Shown: positions 30,556 through 43,293, counted from the stretch's first letter. The stretch: DNA of 55,898 nt from Nitrosospira sp. (GCA_039935055.1 JBDTKY010000064.1:1-55898); one strand, 5' to 3'. Program-made: numbers and translations. Notes: generated by a model not told the origin, from the sequence alone.

Positions 30556-31887
30556 TTAAAGCACGTAGCGGGCTAAATCCTCGCTTTGGGACAAGCTGTT
30601 GAGACGCCCGTCGACGTATGCGGCATCAATAATGATCGTATCGCCGCTGTGCTTTGCGGCATCGAATGAAACCTCTTCCAGAAGTTTTTCCATCACCGTA
30701 TAAAGGCGCCTCGCACCGATATTCTCGGTTTTCTCGTTGACCGCAAAAGCAATCTCCGCCAGACGTTTAACCGCGTCGGGTGTAAACTCCAGCTTGATCC
30801 CTTCGGTTCCCAGCAGCGCTTCGTATTGGCGCGTCAGACATGCGTCGGTGTTGGTGAGGATTTGTACAAAATCGTCAGCGCTAAGACTTGTCAGTTCCAC
30901 CCGAATTGGAAAGCGCCCCTGCAATTCCGGTATTAAATCAGAAGGTTTGGCGAGATGAAATGCGCCGCTGGCGATGAACAGGATATGATCGGTTTTAATC
31001 ATGCCGTATTTTGTGGAAACGGTGGTGCCTTCCACCAGCGGTAGCAGGTCCCGTTGTACGCCTTGGCGCGATACATCCGCGCCCGAAGCGTCGGAGCGAC
31101 TGGTAATCTTATCGATTTCATCCAGAAACACGATACCGTTCTGTTCAACATTTTGCACCGAACGAAGCTTCAGTTCTTCATCATTGACGAGCTTGGATGC
31201 TTCTTCATCGGTAATGAGCTTCATCGCTTCGCGGATTCTCAGCTTACGGGTTTTTTTTCTTTCCCCGCCCAGATTCTGAAACATACCCTGAATTTGAGTA
31301 GTAAGTTCCTCCATTCCCGGGGGGGCGAAGATTTCCATGTGAGCATGTGCTGTTGACACCTCGATTTCAATTTCCCTCTCGTTGAGCTCGCCTTCACGCA
31401 GTTTCTTGCGGAATTTCTGCCGGGTGGCGTTGTCCCCTTCAGCCGCTTCTATCTGTGAACTCATCTCCCTTGCGGGCGGTAGCAACACGTCGAGAATGCG
31501 TTCTTCAGCATGGTCTTCAGCGCGTGCTCTCATCTTATGGGTTTCCTGCTCGCGGGATTGCTTGATAGCGGATTCCACCAAATCTCGAATAATGGAATCC
31601 ACATCGCGTCCGACATAACCTACCTCGGTGAATTTGGTCGCTTCCACCTTGATGAATGGCGCATCGGCGAGTTTTGCCAGACGGCGCGCGATTTCTGTCT
31701 TGCCAACCCCGGTAGGGCCGATCATCAAAATATTTTTAGGCGTGATTTCCTGCCGGAGAGGATCCGTTACCTGTTGCCTGCGCCAGCGATTTCTGAGCGC
31801 AATGGCTACGGATCGCTTGGCGGCATCCTGACCGATAATGTGCTTATCCAACTCGTGGACGATTTCCTGCGGGGTTAGTTGGGACAT
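30556..31887 (-). CDS. hslU: HslU ATPase subunit
   Basis: [36 protein letters not shown]; start at [10 protein letters not shown]. Confidence 0.98.
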   Translation of the reverse strand: MSQLTPQEIVHELDKHIIGQDAAKRSVAIALRNRWRRQQVTDPLRQEITPKNILMIGPTGVGKTEIARRLAKLADAPFIKVEATKFTEVGYVGRDVDSIIRDLVESAIKQSREQETHKMRARAEDHAEERILDVLLPPAREMSSQIEAAEGDNATRQKFRKKLREGELNEREIEIEVSTAHAHMEIFAPPGMEELTTQIQGMFQNLGGERKKTRKLRIREAMKLITDEEASKLVNDEELKLRSVQNVEQNGIVFLDEIDKITSRSDASGADVSRQGVQRDLLPLVEGTTVSTKYGMIKTDHILFIASGAFHLAKPSDLIPELQGRFPIRVELTSLSADDFVQILTNTDACLTRQYEALLGTEGIKLEFTPDAVKRLAEIAFAVNEKTENIGARRLYTVMEKLLEEVSFDAAKHSGDTIIIDAAYVDGRLNSLSQSEDLARYVL

Positions 31888-32063
31888 GGTTTCAAGCATC
31901 AGTGGTAAATGGCAGGATGTAAAAAAAATAGAACGAGAAACGGGGTTCAAACATTTGATAGGGGGCAAAGCGTGCTACGCTTGATTGCATTCGGCGAAAG
32001 ATGCTTCATCCTTCCCTTGTGTTTCATCTCACATCTCACCGTTCACGTTTTGAGACCTGCACT

Positions 32064-32600
32064 TTACTCCAGCACTTCGATTACATGATTCTGATTGGTA
32101 TAGATACAGAGATCGCCCGCGATGGTAAGTGATTTCTTGACGATCTCCAGCGGCGTCAGACTGGTATTCTCCAGGAGCGCGCGCGCGGCAGAATGAGCGT
32201 AGGAACCGCCGCTTCCGATCGCAGCAAGCCCAAGCTCAGGTTCGATTACATCACCCGACCCGGTGATAATGAGCGTGGTTCCCGGGTCGGCCACGATCAG
32301 CATCGCTTCCAGCCGGCGCAAAATGCGATCGGTGCGCCAATCCTTCGCCAATTCCACTGCCGAACGCATGAGGTGTCCCTGATGCTTTTCAAGCTTACCT
32401 TCAAAACGCTCGAACAAGGTAAAAGCATCGGCTGTGCCGCCTGCAAATCCTGCGAGAATTTTATCGTGGTAAAGCCTGCGCACTTTGCGGGCGCTAGCCT
32501 TGGCTACGATAGCGCCCAGAGTTACCTGGCCATCGCCCCCGAGCGCGACTTGAGAGCCGCGCCGCGCTGAAAGTATGGTTGTACCGTGATATTCTTGCAT
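32064..32600 (-). CDS. hslV: HslV protease subunit
   Basis: N-terminal TTI nucleophile, [20 protein letters not shown]. Confidence 0.98.
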   Translation of the reverse strand: MQEYHGTTILSARRGSQVALGGDGQVTLGAIVAKASARKVRRLYHDKILAGFAGGTADAFTLFERFEGKLEKHQGHLMRSAVELAKDWRTDRILRRLEAMLIVADPGTTLIITGSGDVIEPELGLAAIGSGGSYAHSAARALLENTSLTPLEIVKKSLTIAGDLCIYTNQNHVIEVLE

Positions 32601-32688
32601 GAGCTAGCACGAGATAATAGTGAGCAAAGATTATAACGCCGATTCGCAGAAAAAATACAAACTGTACGGTTAGTGTTTATACCGGAAT

Positions 32689-33591
32689 TCAATCTTTCTT
32701 TTTTGCTCGCGGATGAGCCGCGTCATACACTTTCGCCAAATGTTGAAAATCAAGATGGGTATAAATCTGCGTCGTGCTTATACTGGCGTGCCCCAGCATT
32801 TCCTGTACGGCCCGCAAGTCGCCACTCGATTGTAACAAGTGTGAGGCAAACGAATGCCGCAGTACGTGGGGATGGATATTGGCGCTGATTCCTTGCCGCA
32901 TTGCCTGAATTTTCAACCGTTGACTGATTGATCGCGAGCTGATGTTTTTTCCGTACCGCGACACGAATAACGCAGTGGTCCCGGCCTTGACCAGGGCCTC
33001 ACGCCGTTTCATCCATTCGCGCAAGACCTGTATCGCCTGACTACCTATGGGCACGATGCGGGTTCTGCTTCCTTTGCCGGTGACGCGCGCTGTACCGTCG
33101 GAAAAACTCAAATCGGCGGGCTTCAGAGCGGTGAGCTCCGCCAGTCGCAATCCCGAGGAATAACACAGCTCGAACATGGCTTTGTCCCGCAATGCCATTA
33201 AATCATCATCGACAGCAAACTCTAGCAGTTTCGCGGCCTCATCAGGTGAAAGCGTATGAGGCAAGGATTTTGGCGATTTTGGCGCATGTACCCCGGCGCA
33301 GGGATTACAAACATAATCGTGGTTCCGAGTCAGATAATTGTAAAAGCCACGCCATGCTGACAGCATTCTGGCCAGACTTCTGCCAGAGAGTCCTTTCCCA
33401 TGAAGCTGGGCTATAAACCGGCGAATTTGATGAACCTGCAGCTGGTCGATCGATGTTTCCGCCGCGAGTTTCAGCAAGACGGCAATATCACGCGCATAAC
33501 TTTCGCATGTAAGCGATGATAAGCGCCTTTCATTGGCAAGATGGAAAAGATATACAGCAGCGAGTGCAACCGGGTTATCGCCGGATGTCAT
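32689..33591 (-). CDS. xerC: Tyrosine recombinase XerC
   Basis: SGLRLAEL, HPHVLRHSFASH, LGHASISTTQIYTH; conserved dapF-DUF484-xerC order. Confidence 0.95.
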   Translation of the reverse strand: MTSGDNPVALAAVYLFHLANERRLSSLTCESYARDIAVLLKLAAETSIDQLQVHQIRRFIAQLHGKGLSGRSLARMLSAWRGFYNYLTRNHDYVCNPCAGVHAPKSPKSLPHTLSPDEAAKLLEFAVDDDLMALRDKAMFELCYSSGLRLAELTALKPADLSFSDGTARVTGKGSRTRIVPIGSQAIQVLREWMKRREALVKAGTTALFVSRYGKNISSRSISQRLKIQAMRQGISANIHPHVLRHSFASHLLQSSGDLRAVQEMLGHASISTTQIYTHLDFQHLAKVYDAAHPRAKKKD

Positions 33592-33610
33592 ATTACCTCT
33601 TATGTTTTTG

Positions 33611-34315
33611 TCATTCTGAGATATCCATACCCGTTATTTCGCCTTTATAGGATTCTCCAGCCAGCCTGTACCGTGCCAATGCAGCACTTACAAGCTCCCC
33701 AAGCTGCGTCAGGTAAATGGTTCCCATTTCCGGATAAAATCGATGCGGATCCTCGCTTCCCATTACTAACAGCCCGATGGTTTGCTCCGCTCGTAGAGGT
33801 ACCATTGCAAATGAGCGCAGACGAATGGCATCTTCTCCAAAAAAATCTTTGATTTCATCCAGTACATGGGAACCGCAATAAGGACGCAGCAAGCTTTCAG
33901 CCACGATGCGGATATCAGCGCTCGTTGGAGTGAGTTCCGGCAGACTCGGATCCTCGCCGGCCATGCTCCATAACCGCAGTGCCATATGTGGTATGGAAAA
34001 ATCCTCGCGCAGGTTAAAATGCAATGCATGCAATAAATCGCTCAGACGCGGGAATGTGAGTAGCGTGACTGCCAGACGGTGCATTTTTTCACCAAGTGCG
34101 CCGTTTTCTTCGCCGAATCTGACCAATTCACCCAGTTTCTCTTGCAGGATGTGGTTCTTATCACGCAGAGCAACGATTTGCCGCTCGCTGATGGGAATGG
34201 CTCTGCCACCGTGGGGATGAGGAACCTGAATGTCTGCCAGCATGCCGGCATATTCCTCAAAAAATTGGGGATGTTCCCGCAGGTATTGGGCTACTTCTTC
34301 CGAATTGAATTTCAT
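33611..34315 (-). CDS. DUF484 (YigA-like) protein
   Basis: VAQYLREHPQFF, PHPHGG, ISERQ, RFYPEMGTIYL; lies between dapF and xerC. Confidence 0.92.
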   Translation of the reverse strand: MKFNSEEVAQYLREHPQFFEEYAGMLADIQVPHPHGGRAIPISERQIVALRDKNHILQEKLGELVRFGEENGALGEKMHRLAVTLLTFPRLSDLLHALHFNLREDFSIPHMALRLWSMAGEDPSLPELTPTSADIRIVAESLLRPYCGSHVLDEIKDFFGEDAIRLRSFAMVPLRAEQTIGLLVMGSEDPHRFYPEMGTIYLTQLGELVSAALARYRLAGESYKGEITGMDISE

Positions 34316-34456
34316 ATTTTTCCCCGATGGAATTTCATAAGAAAGAGCACATTTATAAATTCGAAGTTTTAAGTAAGCTCATTTGCCCATTGCGGGCTTG
34401 ATGCACCGAAGCGGGTGATGCGCAATGCGGATGCTCATATTGGATTCCATGGGTGA

Positions 34457-35284
34457 TCATACGTCAATCTCTCCGTCGAACACGGCAACAGCGGGACCCG
34501 TCATCCAGACTGGCTCATTCTCACCCGCCCAGCGCACAATCAAATCGCCACCGCGAAAACTGACTTTGACCATTGAGTCCAGCAGCCCCAATTCGATTCC
34601 TATCGCCACGGCAGCGCAAGCACCCGTTCCACAGGCGAGCGTTTCACCCGACCCGCGCTCGTATACTCGCAGCCGAATATGATCACGATCCATTACCTGC
34701 ATATACCCGGCGTTCACCCGTTGGGGAAAACGGGGATGCCGCTCAATTAGCGCACCTTCAGTCAATACCGGGGCATGATCTGTGTCTGCTACCCGTTGCA
34801 CCGCGTGAGGATTCCCCATGGACACTGCACTGATTTCCACCCGTCTGTTGTCGATATCGAGTGGATAAGTCAACGCGCGCTTCGCGGCGATAAAAGGAAT
34901 TTCTTGCGGCTCAAATTTTGGCGCGCCCATATTGACTGTAATTGCTCCATTAGTTTCCAGCCTGGGAACAATCAGGCCGCCGAGCGTTTCGACGCGAATT
35001 TCATTTTTCTTTGTCATCCCTCGATCATATACGTAGCGAACGAAACAGCGCGCGCCATTGCCGCATTGTTCCACTTCCCCGCCATCGGCGTTAAAAATGC
35101 GATAGCGAAAATCGGCGTCGCCTTCGGCTGGTTCTATCAGTAGAATCTGATCACAACCGACGCCAAAATGACGATCAGCAAGCAGGCGTAATTGCTCACA
35201 GCTCAGGGATAGAGACTGATTCACGCCGTCAATGACAACGAAATCGTTGCCTAAACCATGCATTTTTGTGAATTTAAGTTTCAT
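34457..35284 (-). CDS. dapF: Diaminopimelate epimerase
   Basis: [38 protein letters not shown]; start at MKLKF. Confidence 0.98.
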   Translation of the reverse strand: MKLKFTKMHGLGNDFVVIDGVNQSLSLSCEQLRLLADRHFGVGCDQILLIEPAEGDADFRYRIFNADGGEVEQCGNGARCFVRYVYDRGMTKKNEIRVETLGGLIVPRLETNGAITVNMGAPKFEPQEIPFIAAKRALTYPLDIDNRRVEISAVSMGNPHAVQRVADTDHAPVLTEGALIERHPRFPQRVNAGYMQVMDRDHIRLRVYERGSGETLACGTGACAAVAIGIELGLLDSMVKVSFRGGDLIVRWAGENEPVWMTGPAVAVFDGEIDV

Positions 35285-35467
35285 TAATGGACTACTGGTT
35301 ACGTTCAGAAAAAGGTCGCTGCCTCGAGCCGCGTGCAATCGAGCTGCTAGCATGTATTCTATCCGCTCTGACGAGATAATTTCCATGGGTAGCATGGGCT
35401 TAGCGCGGCGCAGCGATACCCTCAAGAGCGCGAAAGTAGCTTAGCCTGAAGCGAGCATATAGTTAAA

Positions 35468-35870
35468 TTACCTCCGGCAAAGCCGGAGGCTTATTTCTGT
35501 TAGCCCCTCAAAGGGGCAAGAAACTGGCGCCGCCTAAAGGCGGCATCACATGCCAAGCTTGAGTTGATCATGGTGTTCATCCTCTCCCCCTGGGTGCCGG
35601 ATGTATTCTCTAACCATCTCCTCGTCCAATCCAACCGTCGATACAAAATAACCGCGCGCCCAAAAGTTCTCACCCGTGAATTTCTTGGCACGGCCCATGA
35701 ACCTCCTCCCTATTGAGATCGCACTCTTGCCCTTGATATAACCTACTACATACGATACCGCGTGCTTCGGTTTGATTCTCCTAGCTTTTGATCGAGCTAA
35801 AAAAATCAGGCTGACCGCTTCACACGGTCAAACCTTAATGAGTCCCTCGGCAGAACCGGGGGATTACCTT
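35468..35870 (-). mobile_element. Internally deleted, non-autonomous IS200-family element
   Basis: End hairpins CCTCCGGC-AAA-GCCGGAGG (35471-35489) and TCCCTCGG-CAGAA-CCGGGGGA (35843-35863) enclose only the C-terminal half of tnpA. Confidence 0.88.
35546..35770 (-). pseudogene. tnpA: IS200 TnpA C-terminal fragment
   Basis: PKHAVSYVVGYIKGKSAISIGRRFMGRAKKFTGENFWARGYFVSTVGLDEEMVREYIRHPGGEDEHHDQLKLGM*; no start codon and no HUH motif. Confidence 0.92.
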
Positions 35871-35977
35871 ATTTATTTATAGAATGTCCCCTGCTTTGCC
35901 TTTCCTCCAAGAATATAGATTTACTCCTAAAAATCAAGTAGAGTTACCTTTTGAATAATTAAAATATGGAGTGAACC

Positions 35978-36223
35978 ATGAGTGCAAAAGGGCAATTGTT
36001 ACAAGACCCATTTCTGAATACTTTGCGAAAGGAGCATATTCCAGTATCGATTTATCTGGTAAATGGTATTAAGCTGCAAGGGCATATCGATTCATTTGAT
36101 CAATATGTGGTGCTGCTAAAGAACACCGTCACGCAGATGGTGTACAAGCACGCAATCTCGACCGTTGTTCCTGCCAGGGCTGTTACTATACCATTTGAGG
36201 GGCCGGCCACACCTGATGCTTGA
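35978..36223 (+). CDS. hfq: RNA chaperone Hfq
   Basis: [28 protein letters not shown]. Confidence 0.99.
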   Translation: MSAKGQLLQDPFLNTLRKEHIPVSIYLVNGIKLQGHIDSFDQYVVLLKNTVTQMVYKHAISTVVPARAVTIPFEGPATPDA

Positions 36224-37397
36224 TCGTTCCACCGGTAACGTGCCCAATGCCAGCGCCGTTGTGCTGGTCAGTCTCGATTTTAGCGACGGCGATTATGCTG
36301 AAAATCTGGAGGAAGTACGGCAATTAACCACAAGTGATGGGCTTGCGATTTCCGCGGTAGTCAAGGGAAAACGATCCCGGCCTGACCCTGCCACCTTCGC
36401 AGGCAGTGGCAAGGTGGAAGAAATCGCGCTGGCATTAGAACAAACCGGCGCATCGCTGGTGATTTTCAATCATGACCTTTCTCCCGCCCAGCAACGTAAC
36501 TTGGAGCGGCGTCTCAAGTGCCGCGTGATAGATCGCACCAGTCTGATTCTAGATATTTTTGCCCAGCGTGCAAAAAGCCACGAAGGTAAGTTGCAGGTGG
36601 AACTGGCACAACTTGAGCATCTCGCCACTCGCTTGGTACGCGGGTGGACACACCTGGAGCGGCAAAAGGGCGGTATCGGTTTGCGCGGTCCTGGTGAAAC
36701 CCAGTTGGAAACGGATCGGCGGTTGCTGAGAAAGCGGGTTAAAGTGCTTAAGGAAAAACTCGCAAAGTTTCAGCGGCAACGTGAGGTGCAGCGCCGTTCC
36801 CGGCAACGCGCTCAGGTGATATCGGTTTCCATTGTCGGCTATACCAACGCCGGCAAATCCACCCTGTTTAATAGCCTTACCCACGGCCAAACCTACGTCG
36901 CCGACCAGTTATTCGCCACTCTGGACGCCACCACTCGCAAATTGTTTATCCCGGATCACGGGCCGCTCGTGATTTCCGACACGGTGGGTTTCATTCGCGA
37001 CTTGCCCCATACGCTTGTTGCTGCATTCCGCGCTACGCTTGAGGAAACGGTGCAGGCTGATATATTGCTTCACGTTGTGGATGCAGGCAGTCCCAGCCGG
37101 GATGAGCAGATCAATGAAGTAAATAAAGTGCTGAAGGAAATTGGGGCCGACTCGATTCCTCAAATATTGGTACTAAACAAAATAGACCTGATCAATTTAT
37201 CGATGGGCGGGGCGGGTTATGGGCGTGATGAGTGTGGTAGAATCGCACAGATTCGATTAAGCGCGAAAACCGGCGAAGGACTGGAGTTTATTAAGCTATC
37301 GCTGTCCGAAGAAATTGAAGAGCGCGCTTTGCTACAATGTGAGGCGCAGTCAGAACTCGGAAACGTAGTTGGTAGATATGCCACGTTTAATTATTGA
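36216..37397 (+). CDS. hflX: Ribosome-splitting GTPase HflX
   Basis: [34 protein letters not shown]; start overlaps the hfq end. Confidence 0.97.
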   Translation: MLDRSTGNVPNASAVVLVSLDFSDGDYAENLEEVRQLTTSDGLAISAVVKGKRSRPDPATFAGSGKVEEIALALEQTGASLVIFNHDLSPAQQRNLERRLKCRVIDRTSLILDIFAQRAKSHEGKLQVELAQLEHLATRLVRGWTHLERQKGGIGLRGPGETQLETDRRLLRKRVKVLKEKLAKFQRQREVQRRSRQRAQVISVSIVGYTNAGKSTLFNSLTHGQTYVADQLFATLDATTRKLFIPDHGPLVISDTVGFIRDLPHTLVAAFRATLEETVQADILLHVVDAGSPSRDEQINEVNKVLKEIGADSIPQILVLNKIDLINLSMGGAGYGRDECGRIAQIRLSAKTGEGLEFIKLSLSEEIEERALLQCEAQSELGNVVGRYATFNY

Positions 37398-37507
37398 ATA
37401 GATAGTCAATCCGTGCGATTTGTATTTCCACATAGCTGAAATTCAGAATTTTTTACCATGCCGTTTGATGGCTGTATCTATATTAAACAGAAAAAATAGG
37501 AATCATC

Positions 37508-38701
37508 ATGGGATTAAACGATCCTCAGTGGGGGAGAAAAAAAGGTAATTCCGGTCCACCTGATCTGGATCAACTGTGGCGAAATTTCAACAAAAAACTC
37601 AATGGTCTTTTTAAACGTAAAGGCGGCAGCGGGAACGGATCAGGCGGTGGTGAAGGATCCGGTGGCGGTAATCCCAGGCGGTATGGCATCAGCATTGGTT
37701 TGCTTGCCGGGTTGCTCTTGTTATTATGGATATCTAGCGGGTTTTACATCGTCAATGAGGGGCAGCGAGGCCTTGTACTGCGTTTCGGAAAATATGTGGA
37801 AACTACCCAGGCGGGCTTGCGCTGGCACTTGCCATATCCTGTTGAAATAGTGGAAACCGTTAACGTGAGCCAGGTGCGTACAGTAGAAATCGGCTATCGC
37901 AACAATGTAAGAAGTAAGGTGCTGAAAGAATCACTCATGTTGACCGATGACGAAAATATCATCGATATTCAATTTGCCGTGCAATATATTCTTAAAAATC
38001 CTGAGGAATTCCTGTTTAATAACCGCGAGCCCGAAAACGCAGTGTTACAGGCGGCAGAAACCGCCATTCGTGAAATTATCGGTAAAAGCAAGATGGATTT
38101 TGTATTATACGAAGGACGCGAACAGGTGGCAGCCAAGGCGACGCAGTTGATGCAGGAAATTCTCGATCGTTACAAAATAGGGATTGCCATTAGTAAAGTG
38201 ACTATGCAGAATGCGCAGCCGCCGGAGCAGGTGCAGGCGGCATTCGACGATGCGGTTAAGGCGGGCCAGGATAGAGAGCGGCAGAAGAATGAAGGTCAGG
38301 CCTATGCTAACGACGTTATTCCGAAAGCTAAAGGTAATGCCGCGCGTCTGCTGGAGGAGTCTGAGGGATACAAGCAACGGGTAATTGCCAGCTCTGAGGG
38401 TGATGCCAGCCGTTTTAAACAGGTTCTCGTTGAATATAACAAGGCGCCTGGCGTAACCCGTGATCGTCTTTATCTGGATATGATGCAGCAGGTGCTTTCC
38501 AGCACTAGCAAGATTCTTGTAGATCAAAAAAACGGTAACAATCTGCTTTATCTGCCGCTGGATAAATTGATACAAACGAGTGGATCTTCATCTCCGTCTA
38601 CTCTGGCGCCCGAGGCGTTGCCTGCCGCCGCGGCAGAAGCCGTACCTGACGCTGCTCGCACACGCGAGGCTTTTCGCGGTCGTGAAAGGGAGACAAGATA
38701 A
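37508..38701 (+). CDS. hflK: FtsH modulator HflK
   Basis: GPPDLD N-terminus, TM segment, SPFH domain, VQAAFDD. Confidence 0.97.
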   Translation: MGLNDPQWGRKKGNSGPPDLDQLWRNFNKKLNGLFKRKGGSGNGSGGGEGSGGGNPRRYGISIGLLAGLLLLLWISSGFYIVNEGQRGLVLRFGKYVETTQAGLRWHLPYPVEIVETVNVSQVRTVEIGYRNNVRSKVLKESLMLTDDENIIDIQFAVQYILKNPEEFLFNNREPENAVLQAAETAIREIIGKSKMDFVLYEGREQVAAKATQLMQEILDRYKIGIAISKVTMQNAQPPEQVQAAFDDAVKAGQDRERQKNEGQAYANDVIPKAKGNAARLLEESEGYKQRVIASSEGDASRFKQVLVEYNKAPGVTRDRLYLDMMQQVLSSTSKILVDQKNGNNLLYLPLDKLIQTSGSSSPSTLAPEALPAAAAEAVPDAARTREAFRGRERETR

Positions 38702-39580
38702 GTGAAAAACTATACCTCGACGCTACTGGGTGTTGTTGTTGCGCTATTTCTTCTTGCCAGTTCCTCACTGTATATCGTGGATCAGCGCCAGCAAGCAATT
38801 CTGTTTCAACTGGGTGAAGTGGTCGATGTGAAAACTTCGCCGGGTCTGTATTTCAAGATTCCGTTGGCACAGAACGTACGTTATTTTGACTCGCGTATTC
38901 TAACTATGGATACAGCCGAGCCGGAACGTTTCATAACCTCGGAAAAAAAGAATGTGCTGGTGGATTTATTTGTAAAGTGGCGCATCATTGATGTTAAACA
39001 ATACTATATCAGCGTACGTGGAGATGAAATGCTGGCCCAGACCCGCCTGTCGCAAACGGTGAATTCAAGCCTGCGGGATGAATTCGGGAATCGGACGGTT
39101 CATGACGTGGTTTCCGGTGAGCGCGACAAAATCATGGAGATCATGCGTCAGAAAGCCGATACTGATGCCCGTAAGATCGGGGTGGAAGTCGTGGATGTGC
39201 GTCTGAAGCGGGTAGACTTGCCACAGGAAGTGAGCGAATCGGTTTACCGCAGAATGGAAGCGGAACGGAAACGCGTAGCCAACGAGTTGCGCTCGACTGG
39301 TGCCGCGGAATCTGAAAAAATTCGGGCCGATGCCGACCGGCAACGTGAAATAATCCTTGCGGAAGCGTATCGGAAAGCTCAAGAGGTAAAGGGCGAGGGT
39401 GATGCCAAGGCTTCAGCAATCTATGCCAGTGCTTTTCAGCCTAACCCAGAGTTCTATTCGTTTTACCGCAGTATAGAAGCGTATAAGCAGAGCTTCAAAA
39501 ATAAGGGTGACATGATGGTTTTAGAGCCTAATTCGGAATTTTTCAAATATTTGAAAAATCCGGGCCGGAGCGCGAAATAG
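38702..39580 (+). CDS. hflC: FtsH modulator HflC
   Basis: PGLYFKIP, SEKKNVLVD, RMEAER, PEFYSFYRS. Confidence 0.97.
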   Translation: MKNYTSTLLGVVVALFLLASSSLYIVDQRQQAILFQLGEVVDVKTSPGLYFKIPLAQNVRYFDSRILTMDTAEPERFITSEKKNVLVDLFVKWRIIDVKQYYISVRGDEMLAQTRLSQTVNSSLRDEFGNRTVHDVVSGERDKIMEIMRQKADTDARKIGVEVVDVRLKRVDLPQEVSESVYRRMEAERKRVANELRSTGAAESEKIRADADRQREIILAEAYRKAQEVKGEGDAKASAIYASAFQPNPEFYSFYRSIEAYKQSFKNKGDMMVLEPNSEFFKYLKNPGRSAK

Positions 39581-39767
39581 CATCAGAAATCTTGAATTCA
39601 GTTCTGAACAGGAGTGACGAGTCTGATCCACTATCCCGGCTTGCAAAATATTCAGGTACATATTATCCGCGTACTGTTGCCCTGCTGTTTCCTTGGTATT
39701 TTCGATTGATAAAAGAGCTCACTTAGAACCTTGAATTTATTGAAGTGCCTACTGAGGTTATGGCGAC

Positions 39768-39953
39768 ATGTGGGACACTTTGTTAATAGCATTTGCCCTG
39801 ATGCTGGTCATAGAGGGGCTTCTTCCGTTTCTGATACCTGGTGTTTGGCGCGAAACTTTCAGGAAATTGACCGAGATTGACGACGGCCAGATACGGTTCA
39901 TCGGTCTCACCTCTATGATGGCGGGATTGCTGTTGCTCTACTTCGTAAGCTAG
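39768..39953 (+). CDS. DUF2065 (YjeT-like) membrane protein
   Basis: LVIEGLLPF, QIRFIGL; conserved position after hflC. Confidence 0.92.
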   Translation: MWDTLLIAFALMLVIEGLLPFLIPGVWRETFRKLTEIDDGQIRFIGLTSMMAGLLLLYFVS

Positions 39954-40109
39954 CAGCCTGTTGGACTTGAAGAATCGAAGCGAAAATGTGTCGGAGCGTG
40001 GGTAGATTCTCACGATTTTGAAGACCAATGTTCTATTGGTCGAAAAAGCGGCGAAATATAGACCAGTCAGATGCTTTTTTAGGCGGTTCCCATCAAGTCC
40101 GACAGACTG
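39954..40109. mobile_element. MITE, 156 bp
   Basis: 17-bp TIRs CAGCCTGTTGGACTTGA / TCAAGTCCGACAGACTG (15/17 match), flanked by CTAG at 39950-39953 and 40110-40113; central hairpin GACCAAT-GTTCT-ATTGGTC; no ORF. Confidence 0.85.
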
Positions 40110-40154
40110 CTAGGTTCTGCATCGTACTTCTCTTGAGATGTAGCTGATTACAAC

Positions 40155-41324
40155 ATGCGTAAGTGGATTCTTCCTGAATACGTTGAGGATATCCTGCCCG
40201 CCGAGGCGTTGCGCATCGAGAAGATGCGGCGGCGCATCATGGACTGGCTATTGGTTCATGGTTACGAGCTGGTTGCCCCGCCGTTGTTGGAGTATGTGGA
40301 ATCATTACTCTCTGGTAGCGGTGGCGACACGGATTTGCGTATGTTCAAAGTGGTTGATCAGTTGAGCGGCCGCATGATGGGGCTGCGCGCCGATATGACG
40401 CCTCAAACTGCGCGTATCGACGCGCATTTATTGAACCATAAGGGGATTACCCGCCTTTGTTACGCAGGTAGTGTGCTGCACACCTTGCCGTCGGGACTGA
40501 CCCGGACTCGTGAGCCGCTTCAGATCGGTGCGGAACTTTATGGTCATACCGGGTTGGAGAGTGATCTGGAGGTCCAGCGGCTTATGCTGCAATCTCTGGC
40601 GATCGCCGGCATAGGGAAAATTCATCTCGATCTCGGCCATGTTGCCGTATTTCGTGGATTGATCAGAGGCGCGGGGATTCCCCTTGAACTGGAGACGGAG
40701 TTATTTTGTATATTGCAGGCCAAAGATATCTGCGAGCTGAATAGACTTTGCGCCAGGCTGGGTAAGCATGTGGATATGCGCGCGCGCGAGGCATTGTTGC
40801 TGTTACCGGAATTATACGGTGACAACAGCATATTGATGCGCGCGCGTAGGTCCCTTCCGGATTATCCTGAAATCCGGATGGCGCTGGACGAGTTGGAAGT
40901 AGTGGGTGAAGAATTGAGGTCTGTCGTGGATACGCTGTCGTTTGATCTTGCTGATCTGCGGGGCTATCATTATCACAGCGGCATAGTGTTTGCGGCTTAT
41001 ACCGCCAACTGTCCCAATGCGATCGCGCTTGGTGGGCGTTATGACGACGTTGGTAAAGCGTTCGGAAGAGCTCGTCCGGCTACAGGTTTCAGTATGGACC
41101 TGCGGGAATTATCGGGATTAGTCAAACCTGATCTTTATCCCAGAGGAATCCTCGCACCTTACATTAAGGATGACAAGTTGTTGCGAAAGGCGATTGAACG
41201 GCTTCGCAATGAAGGTCAGGTAGTGGTGGTTGAATTACCGGGACATGAGGGTGAACATGGCACGTTCAGCTGTGATAGAAAATTGGTATCGCAGGGTGAG
41301 GTTTGGATCGTGGAGCAAATCTAA
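40155..41324 (+). CDS. hisZ: ATP phosphoribosyltransferase regulatory subunit
   Basis: HisRS-like: LRADMTPQTARID, QIGAELYG, YHYHSG, GGRYD, RPATGFS; upstream of purA. Confidence 0.96.
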   Translation: MRKWILPEYVEDILPAEALRIEKMRRRIMDWLLVHGYELVAPPLLEYVESLLSGSGGDTDLRMFKVVDQLSGRMMGLRADMTPQTARIDAHLLNHKGITRLCYAGSVLHTLPSGLTRTREPLQIGAELYGHTGLESDLEVQRLMLQSLAIAGIGKIHLDLGHVAVFRGLIRGAGIPLELETELFCILQAKDICELNRLCARLGKHVDMRAREALLLLPELYGDNSILMRARRSLPDYPEIRMALDELEVVGEELRSVVDTLSFDLADLRGYHYHSGIVFAAYTANCPNAIALGGRYDDVGKAFGRARPATGFSMDLRELSGLVKPDLYPRGILAPYIKDDKLLRKAIERLRNEGQVVVVELPGHEGEHGTFSCDRKLVSQGEVWIVEQI

Positions 41325-41414
41325 CTTGCATTTCAGCAACGCGGGCCTCGAATAACCCTGGAAGGGATACCCGTCTTTATGCATTTTTCGGACTTGGCGG
41401 ACTCATTTTGATGA

Positions 41415-42731
<1,317 letters not shown>

Positions 42732-42796
42732 CTGACTTATGAATTTGGTTGCCGGCGCGTCCTGATCTCAGTCCAGCCAGAACAGATCGGAAATGT

Positions 42797-43252
42797 ATGA
42801 TGCAGGTAAATACGAATATCTACACGGTTCAAGTAGTAGATTGGCAAGACAATGGCTGGGCACTACGCGCAATACGCGAAGCAGTTTTTATCCACGAACA
42901 GCATGTCCCGGCCGAGTTAGAATGGGATGAGTTGGATGCGACCTGTATTCATATGCTTGCGATGGATTCGGCAGGAAATTCCGTTGGCACAGCCCGATTG
43001 TTGCTGAGTGGCATGATCGGCCGCATGGCGGTGCTGAAGGAATGGCGGCGTAAAGGTGTGGGAAGTGCTCTAATGCTACGCTTGCTAGAAGAAGCGAGAA
43101 AGCGGCATATGCCGCAGGTAGCTTTAAACGCGCAGACGTACGTTATGGTATTTTATGCCAGATTTGGTTTTCAGACTGTGGGGGATGAGTTCACGGATGC
43201 CGGGATTCCCCATATGAAAATGATTTTGCGATTAGATGATCGCGTTAGCTGA
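42797..43252 (+). CDS. GNAT N-acetyltransferase (ElaA/YjcF-like)
   Basis: IREAVFIHEQ, IGRMAV, RRKGVG, FYARFGF, DAGIPH; start estimated. Confidence 0.9.
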   Translation: MMQVNTNIYTVQVVDWQDNGWALRAIREAVFIHEQHVPAELEWDELDATCIHMLAMDSAGNSVGTARLLLSGMIGRMAVLKEWRRKGVGSALMLRLLEEARKRHMPQVALNAQTYVMVFYARFGFQTVGDEFTDAGIPHMKMILRLDDRVS

Positions 43253-43293
43253 TTTGCCGAGGAGTCCCGGCAAAGATCCGCCCTACGCCTGAA

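Noticed and set aside
32689-33591. Tyrosine recombinase as a phage or island integrase
   Set aside because: It sits in the housekeeping dapF-DUF484-xerC-hslVU order with XerC motifs.
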